Source: Rhodovastum atsumiense (GTDB lineage: Bacteria; Pseudomonadota; Alphaproteobacteria; Acetobacterales; Acetobacteraceae). From it: DNA of 64,000 bases. Where the stretch lies: positions 165 through 64,164 of the forward strand of contig JBBCJT010000030.1 of the NCBI GenBank assembly GCA_037190665.1, given 5' to 3'. The translations under genes were made by a program, and so were the position numbers. Shown piece by piece: positions 15,303-24,578 of the stretch (positions are counted from its first letter, which is position 1; every line of letters begins with the position of its first letter). The notes under the pieces were generated by a model that saw only the letters and a program-made list of their open reading frames with translations, was not told where the DNA came from and searched no databases.

Positions 15303-16921
15303 TGCCGTTGCACACCAGCCCGCTCGCACAGAAGCCAGTCGGGCGCCGCGCCGGCGCATATCTTGCCGCCGGTCTCGCGGTCTCCATCGCGGCCTCCGCC
15401 ATCCCGGCACGCGCCCAGACGGCGCGCGACCTTCGGATGGGCGTGAGCACGCCGGTCTCCTCGCTCGATCCGCACTTCGCGAACAGCTCCGGCAACAAGG
15501 CCATCTGGTTCCACTTCTTCGACACGCTGCTGGGGCTGGATGACACCCTGTCCCCGGCGCCGCGCCTCGCCGAGGAGTGGCGGCTCGTCAACGATACGAC
15601 GTGGGAGTTCAAGCTGCGGGACGGCGTGACGTTCTCGAACGGGCAGCCGCTGACCGCCGAGGATGTCGTGGCCTCGTTCGCCCGCGTGCCCAATGTCGTC
15701 GCCTCGCCCGCGACGATGACGGTCTATACCCGCGGGATCAAATCCGTCAGCGCGATCGCGGGCAACAGGGTGCGCATCGAGACGGAGCAGCCGGATCCCG
15801 CGCTGCCGCGGAACCTCACCGAGATCGCGATCATCCCCGCCGCGTACAAGGAGGCGCCCACGGCCGCCTTCAACAGCGGCGAGGCCGTTGTCGGCACCGG
15901 GCCGTTCATCCTGACGCATTACAGCGCCGGCGAGACGGTGACGATGCGGGCGAACCCTGGACACTGGGGCGGGGCGCGGGCCTGGTCGAATGTCGAGATC
16001 CGCATCATCGCCAACGACGCCGCGCGGGTGGCCGCCCTGCTGTCGGGAAGCCTCCATCTGGCCGACAGCGTTCCTCCCGAACTCGTCGAGCGGATCGAGG
16101 CGCAGAGGGGCTTCCGCCTCGTCAGCGGGCAGCGTGTGCGGCCCGTCTATCTCGGCCTCGATGTCGGCCGCGAGGACAGCCCGTTCGTCAGCGCGGTGAA
16201 TGCCGCCGGCAAGCGGACGAACCCGCTGCTGGACCGGAACGTCAGGCAGGCGCTGTCGATCGCGATCAACCGGCAGGCGATCTCCGACCGGATCATGCAG
16301 GGTTCCGCCGAACCGGCCGGGCAGATCCTCGCGCCGGGCCAGTTCGGCGCGTCGCCGAACGTCGCACCGCCGCCTTACGACCCGGCGCAGGCGAAGACGC
16401 TGCTTGCCGAGGCCGGCTATCCGAGGGGCTTCTCCATCACCCTGCACAGCTCCAACAACCGCCTTCCCAACGACACCAAGGTCGCGCAGGCGATCGGCCA
16501 GATGTGGACCCAGATCGGGCTGGACGTGAAGGTAGAGGTGCTGCCCTTCGCGGCCTACCTGCCGCGGGCCACGCGGCGCGAGTTCAGCGTATGGCTGCTG
16601 AACTCCGCCGCGACCACCGGGGAGATGGGCAGGGCACTGAACTCCCTTATCCTGACCTACGATCCGAAGATCGGGCAAGGCGGCATCAATCGCGGCCGAT
16701 ACTCCAACCCGGAGGTGGACCGGCTCGCGCTCGAGGGCATGCGCACGATGGACGAGGAACGCCGCCGGCGGCTTCTCGAACGGGCCAGCGAGGTCGCCAT
16801 GCACGACGTGGCGGTGATCCCGCTCTACCATGACTCCGTGACCGTCGCGGTGGTGGACACTGTCGACTACGCGCCGCGGCCGGACCAGTTCACGCTCGCG
16901 ATCAGCGCCCGGCCACGATGA
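15293..16921 (+). CDS. ABC transporter substrate-binding protein, family 5 (no cognate permease or ATPase nearby)
   Basis: 542 aa with a signal peptide (...AIPARAQT). DppA/OppA-like sequence. Overlaps the ligase stop by 10 nt. Confidence 0.85.
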   Translation: MDMMPLHTSPLAQKPVGRRAGAYLAAGLAVSIAASAIPARAQTARDLRMGVSTPVSSLDPHFANSSGNKAIWFHFFDTLLGLDDTLSPAPRLAEEWRLVNDTTWEFKLRDGVTFSNGQPLTAEDVVASFARVPNVVASPATMTVYTRGIKSVSAIAGNRVRIETEQPDPALPRNLTEIAIIPAAYKEAPTAAFNSGEAVVGTGPFILTHYSAGETVTMRANPGHWGGARAWSNVEIRIIANDAARVAALLSGSLHLADSVPPELVERIEAQRGFRLVSGQRVRPVYLGLDVGREDSPFVSAVNAAGKRTNPLLDRNVRQALSIAINRQAISDRIMQGSAEPAGQILAPGQFGASPNVAPPPYDPAQAKTLLAEAGYPRGFSITLHSSNNRLPNDTKVAQAIGQMWTQIGLDVKVEVLPFAAYLPRATRREFSVWLLNSAATTGEMGRALNSLILTYDPKIGQGGINRGRYSNPEVDRLALEGMRTMDEERRRRLLERASEVAMHDVAVIPLYHDSVTVAVVDTVDYAPRPDQFTLAISARPR

Positions 16922-17397
16922 GCACGGATCGCCCCGACAACCCGTCAACGATGACAGGCCTGCGCATGCTCGCGGATAATTGGAATGAAGTGGCTGTCGG
17001 CACGCTCAGCGGCAGCTTCGACGGGATCATCACCGACGAAATGGTCGACAACTACCTTCTGGCCATGGGCAACGGCCTGCCCATCTACCGGCGGCAGCCG
17101 GACGGCACGCGCCTCGTTCCGCCCGATCTCGTCCCGCGCCTCGCGATGCGGCCGCTGTTCTCGCACTTCGTGCGGAGGACATTCGGGCGATCCATCCGCG
17201 CCAAGCACGAGATCCGCTACTTCCGCCCGTACCATGTCGGCATGCGCATCCGTGCGGACGGGCACCTTGTCGAGAAGTACGAGAAACGAGGCAACCGCTT
17301 CCTGATCTTCGAGGCGGCGTTCAGGAGCGATGGCGACGAGCCCATGCTGCACGACCGGCGCACGGTCATGATCTTCGAAGACCAGAAGCTGAAGTGA
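16918..17397 (+). CDS. Hot-dog fold protein, MaoC N-terminal (FAS1-like dehydratase) type, pair 1
   Basis: 159 aa. ATGA overlap with the SBP stop. Sequence pattern matches the non-catalytic N-terminal hot-dog of MaoC-like hydratases. Confidence 0.6.
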   Translation: MSTDRPDNPSTMTGLRMLADNWNEVAVGTLSGSFDGIITDEMVDNYLLAMGNGLPIYRRQPDGTRLVPPDLVPRLAMRPLFSHFVRRTFGRSIRAKHEIRYFRPYHVGMRIRADGHLVEKYEKRGNRFLIFEAAFRSDGDEPMLHDRRTVMIFEDQKLK

Positions 17398-17404
17398 TCG
17401 CACG

Positions 17405-17785
17405 ATGAAACTCGCATCCGTCGTCAGGCGCATCGAACTCGAGGACATGGCCCTCTACGCGGGGGGCGACAATCTTCACGGCAATGCCGAGGCCGCGCGC
17501 GCCGCCGGCCTGAGCGCGCCGATCGTGCAGGGCGGCCAGCTCGGCGGCTATCTGCACGAGATGCTTGTCGCCACCTTCGGCATGCCGTTCTTCAGCACGG
17601 GGGAGGTCTCGCTCACCTTCCTGAAGACGGTCAAACCGGGCGATACGCTGACATCCGGGGGCACGCTCACAAAGGAAGTTCCGACGGATGACGGCGCCGT
17701 CGTGGACCTCGATATCTGGCTGACCAATCAGAATGGCGAGAAGGTGGTCGTCGGCCGCGCGCGTGCGCAGCGGAAGGGGCCATGA
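17405..17785 (+). CDS. MaoC-like hot-dog protein, pair 1 (atypical hydratase motif)
   Basis: 126 aa. LYAGGDNLHGNAEAARAAGL resembles the hydratase-2 motif, but the Asp-to-His spacing is shortened. Confidence 0.65.
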   Translation: MKLASVVRRIELEDMALYAGGDNLHGNAEAARAAGLSAPIVQGGQLGGYLHEMLVATFGMPFFSTGEVSLTFLKTVKPGDTLTSGGTLTKEVPTDDGAVVDLDIWLTNQNGEKVVVGRARAQRKGP

Positions 17786-18294
17786 CGACAACGGACGACG
17801 GTGAGCTACTGGATTACCTGCAACGCATGATCGGCGTGCGGACGCCGAGGATGACCGCGCTGCACCCTGTGGAGAGCAGCGAGGTGCGCCGGTTCCGGCA
17901 GGCGACGCTGTTCGAGATGCTCGATCCGGAGTCCGAGCCGGATCCCGTGGTCGTGCCGCTGGCCTTTCCCGTTCACATGTTCCGCCGCCCGCTGAACGCG
18001 CCTGATCCCCTTGCCCTCATGACCGATCCGGACTGCGACGGGATGGACCGCGACTTCAACGGCCTGCCGGCCCTGAAGGTGCCGATGAAGCGCCTGTTGA
18101 ACGGGGGCTATCGGTACCGTTTCTCGAAGCGAGCCCGCATCGGCGACACCGTCTCCCGCGAGGCGCGATACGTGGACATCCGCCTGAAGCAGGGGCGGTC
18201 CGGCCCGATGGTGTTTGTCGAGTACGAGGGCGTCTACTTCAACGGCGAGGGAGAGACGCTGCTTTCGTCCACGAACACGATGATCCTGCGCTGA
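17782..18294 (+). CDS. Hot-dog fold protein, MaoC N-terminal (FAS1-like dehydratase) type, pair 2
   Basis: 170 aa. ATGA overlap with the upstream gene. Ends ...GPMVFVEYEGVYFNGEGETLLSSTNTMILR, typical of this family. Confidence 0.6.
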   Translation: MTTTDDGELLDYLQRMIGVRTPRMTALHPVESSEVRRFRQATLFEMLDPESEPDPVVVPLAFPVHMFRRPLNAPDPLALMTDPDCDGMDRDFNGLPALKVPMKRLLNGGYRYRFSKRARIGDTVSREARYVDIRLKQGRSGPMVFVEYEGVYFNGEGETLLSSTNTMILR

Positions 18295-18298
18295 AGCG

Positions 18299-18724
18299 AT
18301 GGCGGTTCTCGATCTGAACGACCTGAGCGTTGGCCGGGCGCTGCCCGACTTTGCGATCGGCCGCATATCGACGTCCCATATCATGCGCTGGTCGGCGGCC
18401 AGCGAGAACTGGCACCGCATCCACTACGACCAGCGCTTCGCGACGGAGCATGATGGCCTGCCAGATGTCGTCATCAACGGGTCCTTCAAGCAGCATCTGC
18501 TGATCAACATGCTGGATGTCTGGTTCGGGGATGGCGCGCTCGTCGATCTGTCGGTGGAGTTCCGGGACGTCGATGTCGCTGGCGACGAGCTGACCGCCTT
18601 CGCCACGGTCTCCGGTGTGGAGAGTGGACCCCACGGCCGGCGGATCACGCTGGATATCGGGATCCGGAACGCCCGGGGCAAAGCGGGCACAAGAGGCTCT
18701 GCCACGATCCTGCTGTCGGACTGA
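18299..18724 (+). CDS. MaoC-like hot-dog protein, pair 2 (motif Asp replaced by Asn)
   Basis: 141 aa. SENWHRIHYDQRFA aligns to the SGDxNPIHxD hydratase motif, with D to N and N to H substitutions. Confidence 0.65.
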   Translation: MAVLDLNDLSVGRALPDFAIGRISTSHIMRWSAASENWHRIHYDQRFATEHDGLPDVVINGSFKQHLLINMLDVWFGDGALVDLSVEFRDVDVAGDELTAFATVSGVESGPHGRRITLDIGIRNARGKAGTRGSATILLSD

Positions 18725-18754
18725 ACCGAAAGCCGCGTGGCGGCGCAGGCTCCC

Positions 18755-19699
18755 TCAGGACTCCGCCTCGCCGTCCACTGCGTCAGTATCCGGCGGCGAG
18801 GCCAGCGATATGATCGAGTTGAAGGCGTCGATGATCAGCGCCTCGAACTTCAGTGTCAGCAGGGATTTCGGCTTGTGGCCGGGCGTGACGAGCGATGCAT
18901 CGAGTGTCAGCGTGGGCACGAACGGTCGCCAAACGACATTCGCCTTGTTCGCGTACAGACCCGTGAACGGATCGACGACGGCCGCGCCAACGCCCTCGTC
19001 GATCATGATCATGGCGGTGGCGGCAAGCGACGTCTCCAGCAGGTGCCTGGGCCGGACGTTGCGGTTGGCGAGAAGCCCGTCGATCTTCAGCCGGGTCGAG
19101 GTGTTGCGGCCGATGGAGATGAACGGCACTTCGCGGAGGTCTTCGGGCCCCACGACCTCCTTGCGCGCCAGTGGCGAGCTCCTGTGCGCCGCGCACACGG
19201 CCGGCACCTGCGGCAGCGGGCTGAAGTTCAGGCCCGGATACGATGACACATACGGCACGAGGCCGATGTCGTAGTGACCGATGGCCGTGAGATTCAGGAT
19301 GTCCTTCGAATCCAGCCCGTCCATCGAAAGATCGAGGCCCTCCGCCTCCGTCATCATCTGCATGACGGCCCGGATGACGCAGGTATTGGCGAGCGCATAG
19401 GATGACGCGACCCGCAGCGACCCGCTTTCGGACCTGCTGAGCCGTTCGGCCACGCCGCCGAGATACTCCAGGCCGAGATAGAAGCGGTCGACTTCCTGAA
19501 AGAACAGCGCCGCCTCGGTGGTCGGGACGATCCGGTTTCCCGAGCGCGTGAAGAGGGTGAGCCGGGTCTCCGCCTCGAGGTCCCTGATCAGCCGGCTGAC
19601 GGCGGGCTGCGTGATCCCGATCAGGTTCGCCGCGGCCGTGACGCTCCCTGTGATGATCGCGGCCCGGAACGCTTCGATCTGCCGAGGGTGGATCCGCAC
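18755..19699 (-). CDS. LysR-family transcriptional regulator
   Basis: 314 aa. N-terminal HTH (FRAAIITGSVTAAANLIGITQPAVSRLIRDLE) and a LysR substrate-binding domain. Confidence 0.9.
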   Translation of the reverse strand: MRIHPRQIEAFRAAIITGSVTAAANLIGITQPAVSRLIRDLEAETRLTLFTRSGNRIVPTTEAALFFQEVDRFYLGLEYLGGVAERLSRSESGSLRVASSYALANTCVIRAVMQMMTEAEGLDLSMDGLDSKDILNLTAIGHYDIGLVPYVSSYPGLNFSPLPQVPAVCAAHRSSPLARKEVVGPEDLREVPFISIGRNTSTRLKIDGLLANRNVRPRHLLETSLAATAMIMIDEGVGAAVVDPFTGLYANKANVVWRPFVPTLTLDASLVTPGHKPKSLLTLKFEALIIDAFNSIISLASPPDTDAVDGEAES

Positions 19700-19740
19700 C
19701 GTATGGCCCCGCCGAAAGTCTTCAACAACCGGCTATCATA

Positions 19741-19769
19741 ACATCTCACCGCGCACCGGCCCATGAGAT
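19741..19769. promoter_or_regulatory. Inverted repeat CATCTCA-N15-TGAGATG in the LysR/MFS divergent region (candidate LysR operator)
   Basis: Perfect 7-bp arms, located 42-70 nt upstream of the LysR start codon. Confidence 0.3.
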
Positions 19770-20191
19770 GCCGCGCGCAGCGCGAGGAGCTGCAGGTTGC
19801 ACGCACACCTTCGGACCCATTGTGCGCGGAATGGCGGCGAGCCTCGCTCGACCAAGTGCATTGGATGGGCGGCCGGGTCGGGAGAATGAGTCGCACCACT
19901 CAGAAAACCCCCGTATCGGGCGGCGTACTCACCCTTCACCTGCCGGACGCGATGCGCGCACGTCGCGTGCGCCACCGGCCGGCTCCTCACGCCCACCCAT
20001 GCCGAGCCAACAGCGGCCCGCATGCCCGACGCGCGGACCGCTCCATTGGCGAACCGAACACCCCGCGGTAGCGATGCCGTCGCGGGCAGGGCGACGCCGG
20101 ATGCTATCCGCGCTACCCCTGCGATGCAGGGGAAGACCGATGCCCCCGGATCCAGCCGCATCGGGCAGAAAGGGCGGAAACAATCCTGAAA

Positions 20192-21397
20192 GTGCCACTC
20201 TGGGCCAGCGCCCTCGCTGGAACGCTGCTCGTCCAGACTGTCTGCTCCTTCGCCAGCATCTCCGTTCCGATCCTGGGCCCGCCGCTGATGGCGCGCGCCG
20301 GCCTGTCGCCGGAGAGCATCGGCCTCGTCTCCGCCACCTCGTCGGTCGGCATCTGCTGGTTCCTGGCCTGCGGCGAGCCGATGCTCAGCCATCACGGCCC
20401 GATCCGCACCCTGCAGATCGGGATGGTGTGCATGGCCCTGGGGCTGGTCGTGCTGTCGCAGCCGATCGGCGTGCTCGGGATCCTGGGCGCGCTCGCGATC
20501 GGCTTCGGGAACGGCCCCAACACTCCGGCCGGGAGCTGGATCCTCATCCGCTCCGCGCCGCCCGCGCACCGGACGCTGATCTTCTCCATCAAGCAGGCCG
20601 GCGTTCCGCTGGGTGGTGCGGTGGCGGGGCTGGTGGTGGCGCCGCTGGCCATCACCTACGGCCTGTCCGTCACGGTGGGCATCATCGTCCTGCTGATCCT
20701 GGCGTGCTGCCTCGCCGTGCAGCCCTTCCGCCGCACGCTGGACGGCGAGAGGGAGCCGAGCCAGCCGCGATGGGCGCGCGCCCTGTTCCAGCCCGCCGCC
20801 ATGATGCACTGCGTCAGCTCGCTGCGGGCGCATCCCTCGCTGCCGATGCTGACCGGCGTCGGCGTTTCCTTCTCGCTGACGCAGGCGTGCCTGACGGCGT
20901 TCACGGCGACTTTCGCCTATACGCGCCACGGCTTCTCCCTGGCGGAGGCGGGGCAGGTGGTCGCCGTGATGCAGGGCGCAAGCATGTTCGGCCGGGTCGT
21001 GCTCGGCTGGCTGGCGGACCGCATGGGGGATGCGCTGCGCCATCTGGGCGTGCAGGCGATCGCCTCGGCGGTCGCCGTGCTCCTGCTGGTGACGGCGGGA
21101 AGCCAGGGGCGATGGTCGCTGTACGCCTGCGCGGCGCTGGCCGGGTTCACGGCCATAGGATGGAACGGCGTGCACATCGCGGAACTGGCGCGCGTCGCGC
21201 CGCTTCATCTCGTCAGCAGCGTGACCTCGGCCTCGAGCCTCTTCGGGTTCGTGGGATCGGTCTGCGGGCCTCTGCTCTTCACCGCGCTGGTGAGTTGGGG
21301 CGGGGGCTACGACGTGGCGTTTCAGGTCATGGCGGCGCAGTTGGCTCTCTGCGGCGTGATCTGCCTTGTGGTGAAGCGCCGCCCGGCTCCGGGCTGA
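20192..21397 (+). CDS. MFS transporter (paralog 1)
   Basis: 401 aa, about 12 TM segments, GTG start. Shares RTLIFSIKQAGVPLGGAVAGL and other blocks with the convergent gene at 21453-22655. Confidence 0.85.
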   Translation: MPLWASALAGTLLVQTVCSFASISVPILGPPLMARAGLSPESIGLVSATSSVGICWFLACGEPMLSHHGPIRTLQIGMVCMALGLVVLSQPIGVLGILGALAIGFGNGPNTPAGSWILIRSAPPAHRTLIFSIKQAGVPLGGAVAGLVVAPLAITYGLSVTVGIIVLLILACCLAVQPFRRTLDGEREPSQPRWARALFQPAAMMHCVSSLRAHPSLPMLTGVGVSFSLTQACLTAFTATFAYTRHGFSLAEAGQVVAVMQGASMFGRVVLGWLADRMGDALRHLGVQAIASAVAVLLLVTAGSQGRWSLYACAALAGFTAIGWNGVHIAELARVAPLHLVSSVTSASSLFGFVGSVCGPLLFTALVSWGGGYDVAFQVMAAQLALCGVICLVVKRRPAPG

Positions 21398-21452
21398 GAG
21401 CGGCGATCGCACCGCAGATGGCTGCGATAGGTCGGCGCCCAGCGCGCGCCGG

Positions 21453-22655
21453 CTATCGGCGCAGCGCCAGCGCGACGACCAGCGCGATCACCGCGAGCTG
21501 CCCCGCGGCCGCAAGGGTGGCAACCGCCCAGGATCCGCTATGGGTCACGATCAGCGTGAAGATGGCGGGGCCGGCGAGGTATCCGGCAAAGGTGAAGAGC
21601 GTCGACCCCGACGTCGCCACGGAAACATCCGCGGGCCGCACGATGCGCGCGACCTCGGCGAGGTAGATGCCGTTCCAGCTCGCGGCGAAGAAGCCGACCA
21701 GGGCGGATAGCAGGTAGGTCAGCACCGGCCACGCGCCGAGCGGCGCGACCGCGTAGCCGAGCGCGATGAACGACGCGACGAAGGCCTGCGCCAGCAGATT
21801 GGCCGAGGGCCGGCCGGTGTAGTCGGCGAACCAGCCCAGGATGATCCGCGCGACCACGCCGCCACCCTGCATGCAGGCGAAGGCCATGCCCGCCTGCACC
21901 AGCGTCAGCCCGTGCTCCGCGGTCAGCCAGGTGACCGTGAAGGTGAACAGGCATCCCTGCAGCACGGCGAAGGACATCGCCAGCAGCGTCAGCGGCCCGA
22001 GCGCCGGATCCAGCCGCAATGCCGCGATCGGCGCCATCCACGTCGCCCGGCTGAAGATGGCGGACGGGCGCAGGCTCTGCGTGGAATCGCGTTCGGTATC
22101 CAATGTCGCCTGCAGCGGCTGGATGACGAGGGCCGCGGCCAGCGCGATCACCACCGTCGCCAGAACCGCGACGGACCATCCGAACGCCGCGGCAATCGGC
22201 GCGATCATCAGCCCCGCCATCGCCCCGCCCAGGGGCGCGCCGGCCTGCTTGATGGAGAAGATGAGCGTGCGGCGTCCGGGCGGCGCGGTCGTCGCGAGAA
22301 TGCGGCTTCCGGCCGGCGGGGACGGGCCGTAGCCGATCCCAAGCAGCAGCGAGGCGACCATCAGCGCCGGCGCGAATCCGGTGGTGGCGACCACCATGGC
22401 GAACGCCGACAGGGCTGCGCCGGCCTGCAACGTCCTGACCGGGCCCCATCGCGAGAGAAACGGGTTCCCCAGCAGCAGGAACAGCATCGTGCCTGCCGCA
22501 ACCAGTGCGGAGAGGTTGCCGATGCTCTGCGGCGACAGGCCGGCGCTCGCGGTGATCAGCGGCGCGATCACCGCCAGGCTCTGGGTAAGCAGGGAAGCGA
22601 CGGTCTGCATCAGCAGCGTGGCCGAGAGCGCGACTACCCAGGCCGGCGGCGCCAT
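21453..22655 (-). CDS. MFS transporter (paralog 2)
   Basis: ATG 22655 has AAGGAAG 7 nt upstream and aligns with the N-terminus of paralog 1; the track ORF extends to 22736. Polytopic. Confidence 0.85.
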   Translation of the reverse strand: MAPPAWVVALSATLLMQTVASLLTQSLAVIAPLITASAGLSPQSIGNLSALVAAGTMLFLLLGNPFLSRWGPVRTLQAGAALSAFAMVVATTGFAPALMVASLLLGIGYGPSPPAGSRILATTAPPGRRTLIFSIKQAGAPLGGAMAGLMIAPIAAAFGWSVAVLATVVIALAAALVIQPLQATLDTERDSTQSLRPSAIFSRATWMAPIAALRLDPALGPLTLLAMSFAVLQGCLFTFTVTWLTAEHGLTLVQAGMAFACMQGGGVVARIILGWFADYTGRPSANLLAQAFVASFIALGYAVAPLGAWPVLTYLLSALVGFFAASWNGIYLAEVARIVRPADVSVATSGSTLFTFAGYLAGPAIFTLIVTHSGSWAVATLAAAGQLAVIALVVALALRR

Positions 22656-22781
22656 GCCGTGGCTTCCTTGCGACATGCTCGTAAGACCTTGTGGAATACA
22701 GCCGGGGCTGTCCATGGTTACGGCTGCATATCGCAATCGTCGTCAGTGCGCGGCCGCTGGCAGGCAGTGGGTGGGACCCCG

Positions 22782-23576
22782 GTGAGTGCTGATACGCGAC
22801 TTGTAGGCAAAGTGGTGTTCATCGCGGGCGGTGGCGGCGGCATCGGCAGCGCCGCATGCCGCGCCTTCGCGGATGCGGGAGCGATCGTCGTCGCCGCCGA
22901 TCATCTGGAGGATCGGGCGGAGGCGGCGGCGCAAACGGTGCGCGACGCGGGCGGAACGGCGATGGCGGTCGCAACGGACGTGACCTCCGACGACAGCGTC
23001 GCAGCGGCCGTTGCGCTGACGCGGGAACGCTTCGGGCGGCTCGACGTGCTGTACAACTGCGCGGGCGGGACCGATCCGGCCGACGGGCCGGTGACCGAGG
23101 TCCCGCTCGATGTCTTCGAGCGCACCATCAACCTCGATCTTCGCGGCACCTTCCTCTGCTGCCGGCATGCGATTCCGGAGATCATCCGCGCCGGCGGCGG
23201 GGCAGTCATCAACATGTCGTCCGGTGCCGCGCTGCGCGGCGCGAACCCGGCGCACTGCTACAGCGCGGCCAAGGGCGCGATCCTGTCGCTGACGCGCGCG
23301 CTCGCGGGCCACTACGCCAGGCAGGGCGTGCGGGTGAACTGCATCGCCTCGGGCCGCGTGATGACGGAGCGCGTGATCCGGACATTCGGCACGCTGGAGG
23401 AAGCCGCAACTCCGGGGCGCGACCCGCAGGATCCGCTGGGCCGGCTTCGCGAGTATCCGTTCTGGATCGGGGACCCCGAGCACATCGCCGCCACCGCGGT
23501 GTTCCTGGCGTCCGACGCTGCAAGGATGATCACCGGCGCGACCATAGCCGCCGATGGCGGGCGGTCGGCCTATTGA
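22782..23576 (+). CDS. SDR-family oxidoreductase
   Basis: GTG start. Cofactor motif AGGGGGIGSA, NCAG, and catalytic YSAAK. Confidence 0.85.
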   Translation: MSADTRLVGKVVFIAGGGGGIGSAACRAFADAGAIVVAADHLEDRAEAAAQTVRDAGGTAMAVATDVTSDDSVAAAVALTRERFGRLDVLYNCAGGTDPADGPVTEVPLDVFERTINLDLRGTFLCCRHAIPEIIRAGGGAVINMSSGAALRGANPAHCYSAAKGAILSLTRALAGHYARQGVRVNCIASGRVMTERVIRTFGTLEEAATPGRDPQDPLGRLREYPFWIGDPEHIAATAVFLASDAARMITGATIAADGGRSAY

Positions 23577-23589
23577 GGGGGAAGCCGCC

Positions 23590-24570
23590 ATGAGAGACGC
23601 CGTCACACGACGCCTTTTCATCGCCGGAACCGGCGCGACGCTTGCCGCGCCCGCCCGGGCGCAGGCCGCATGGCCGACGCGCAGCGTCCGCCTTCTGGTC
23701 GGCTATCCGGCGGGCGGGGCGAACGACCTCGTCATGCGCGGCATCGCCGCCCCGCTCGGCGATACGCTGGGCCAGCCGGTCGTGGTCGAGAACCGGGCCG
23801 GTGCGGCCGGCGGGATCGCCGCGGATGCCGCCGCGAAGGCCGCGCCGGATGGCTACACGCTGTTCTCGATCTCCAGCGCGCACGTGTTGGCGCCCAGCGT
23901 GCGGCGCAACCTGACCTGGGATCCGGTGCGGGATTTCACGCCGATCGCGCTGGGTGCGCGCTCGCCCTACTTCCTCATGGTCCACAAGGACTTCCCGGCG
24001 CGGAACGTGGCCGAGTTCGTCGCCTACGTGAAGTCGCGCCCGCCGGGGTCGATCAGCTACGCATCCTCCGGCGTGGGGGCGGGGCCGCACCTGACGACGA
24101 GCCTGTTCATGCATGTCGCCGGCATACGGCTGGACCACGTTCCGTATCGTGGAGACGCCGACGCGCTGATCGACATCACCACCGGCCGGGTGCCATGCGC
24201 CTTCCTGTCGGTCGCGCCGGCGCTGCCGCATGTCGCGGCGGGCAGCATCCGCGTGCTCGCGGTATCGGGCGCGGAGCGCCTGTCGGTCGTTCCCGATGTG
24301 CCGACCGTGGCGGAATCCGGCTATCCCGGCTTCGCGATGGATGCGTGGTGGGGCGTTTGCGGCCCGGCGGGCCTGCCCGCACCCGTCGTCCAGCGCGTTG
24401 CCGCCGCGATGCGGCCGATCCTGGATGCGCCGGCCTTCCACGAACGCTACGCCGCCATGGGCGTGGTTCCGGGAAAGCTCGGGACCGAGGCCTTCGCGGA
24501 GCTGATCCGCAACGATCGGGCCCGCTTCGACCAGATCGTGCGCGATGCCGGAATCGAACCGCAGGACTGA
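23590..24570 (+). CDS. Tripartite tricarboxylate transporter substrate-binding protein (Bug/TctC family)
   Basis: Signal peptide (RRLFIAGTGATLAAPARAQA). Bug-family blocks VGYPAGGANDL and RAGAAGGIAA. RBS GAGGGGGA upstream. Confidence 0.85.
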   Translation: MRDAVTRRLFIAGTGATLAAPARAQAAWPTRSVRLLVGYPAGGANDLVMRGIAAPLGDTLGQPVVVENRAGAAGGIAADAAAKAAPDGYTLFSISSAHVLAPSVRRNLTWDPVRDFTPIALGARSPYFLMVHKDFPARNVAEFVAYVKSRPPGSISYASSGVGAGPHLTTSLFMHVAGIRLDHVPYRGDADALIDITTGRVPCAFLSVAPALPHVAAGSIRVLAVSGAERLSVVPDVPTVAESGYPGFAMDAWWGVCGPAGLPAPVVQRVAAAMRPILDAPAFHERYAAMGVVPGKLGTEAFAELIRNDRARFDQIVRDAGIEPQD

Positions 24571-24578
24571 ACGAGGGC

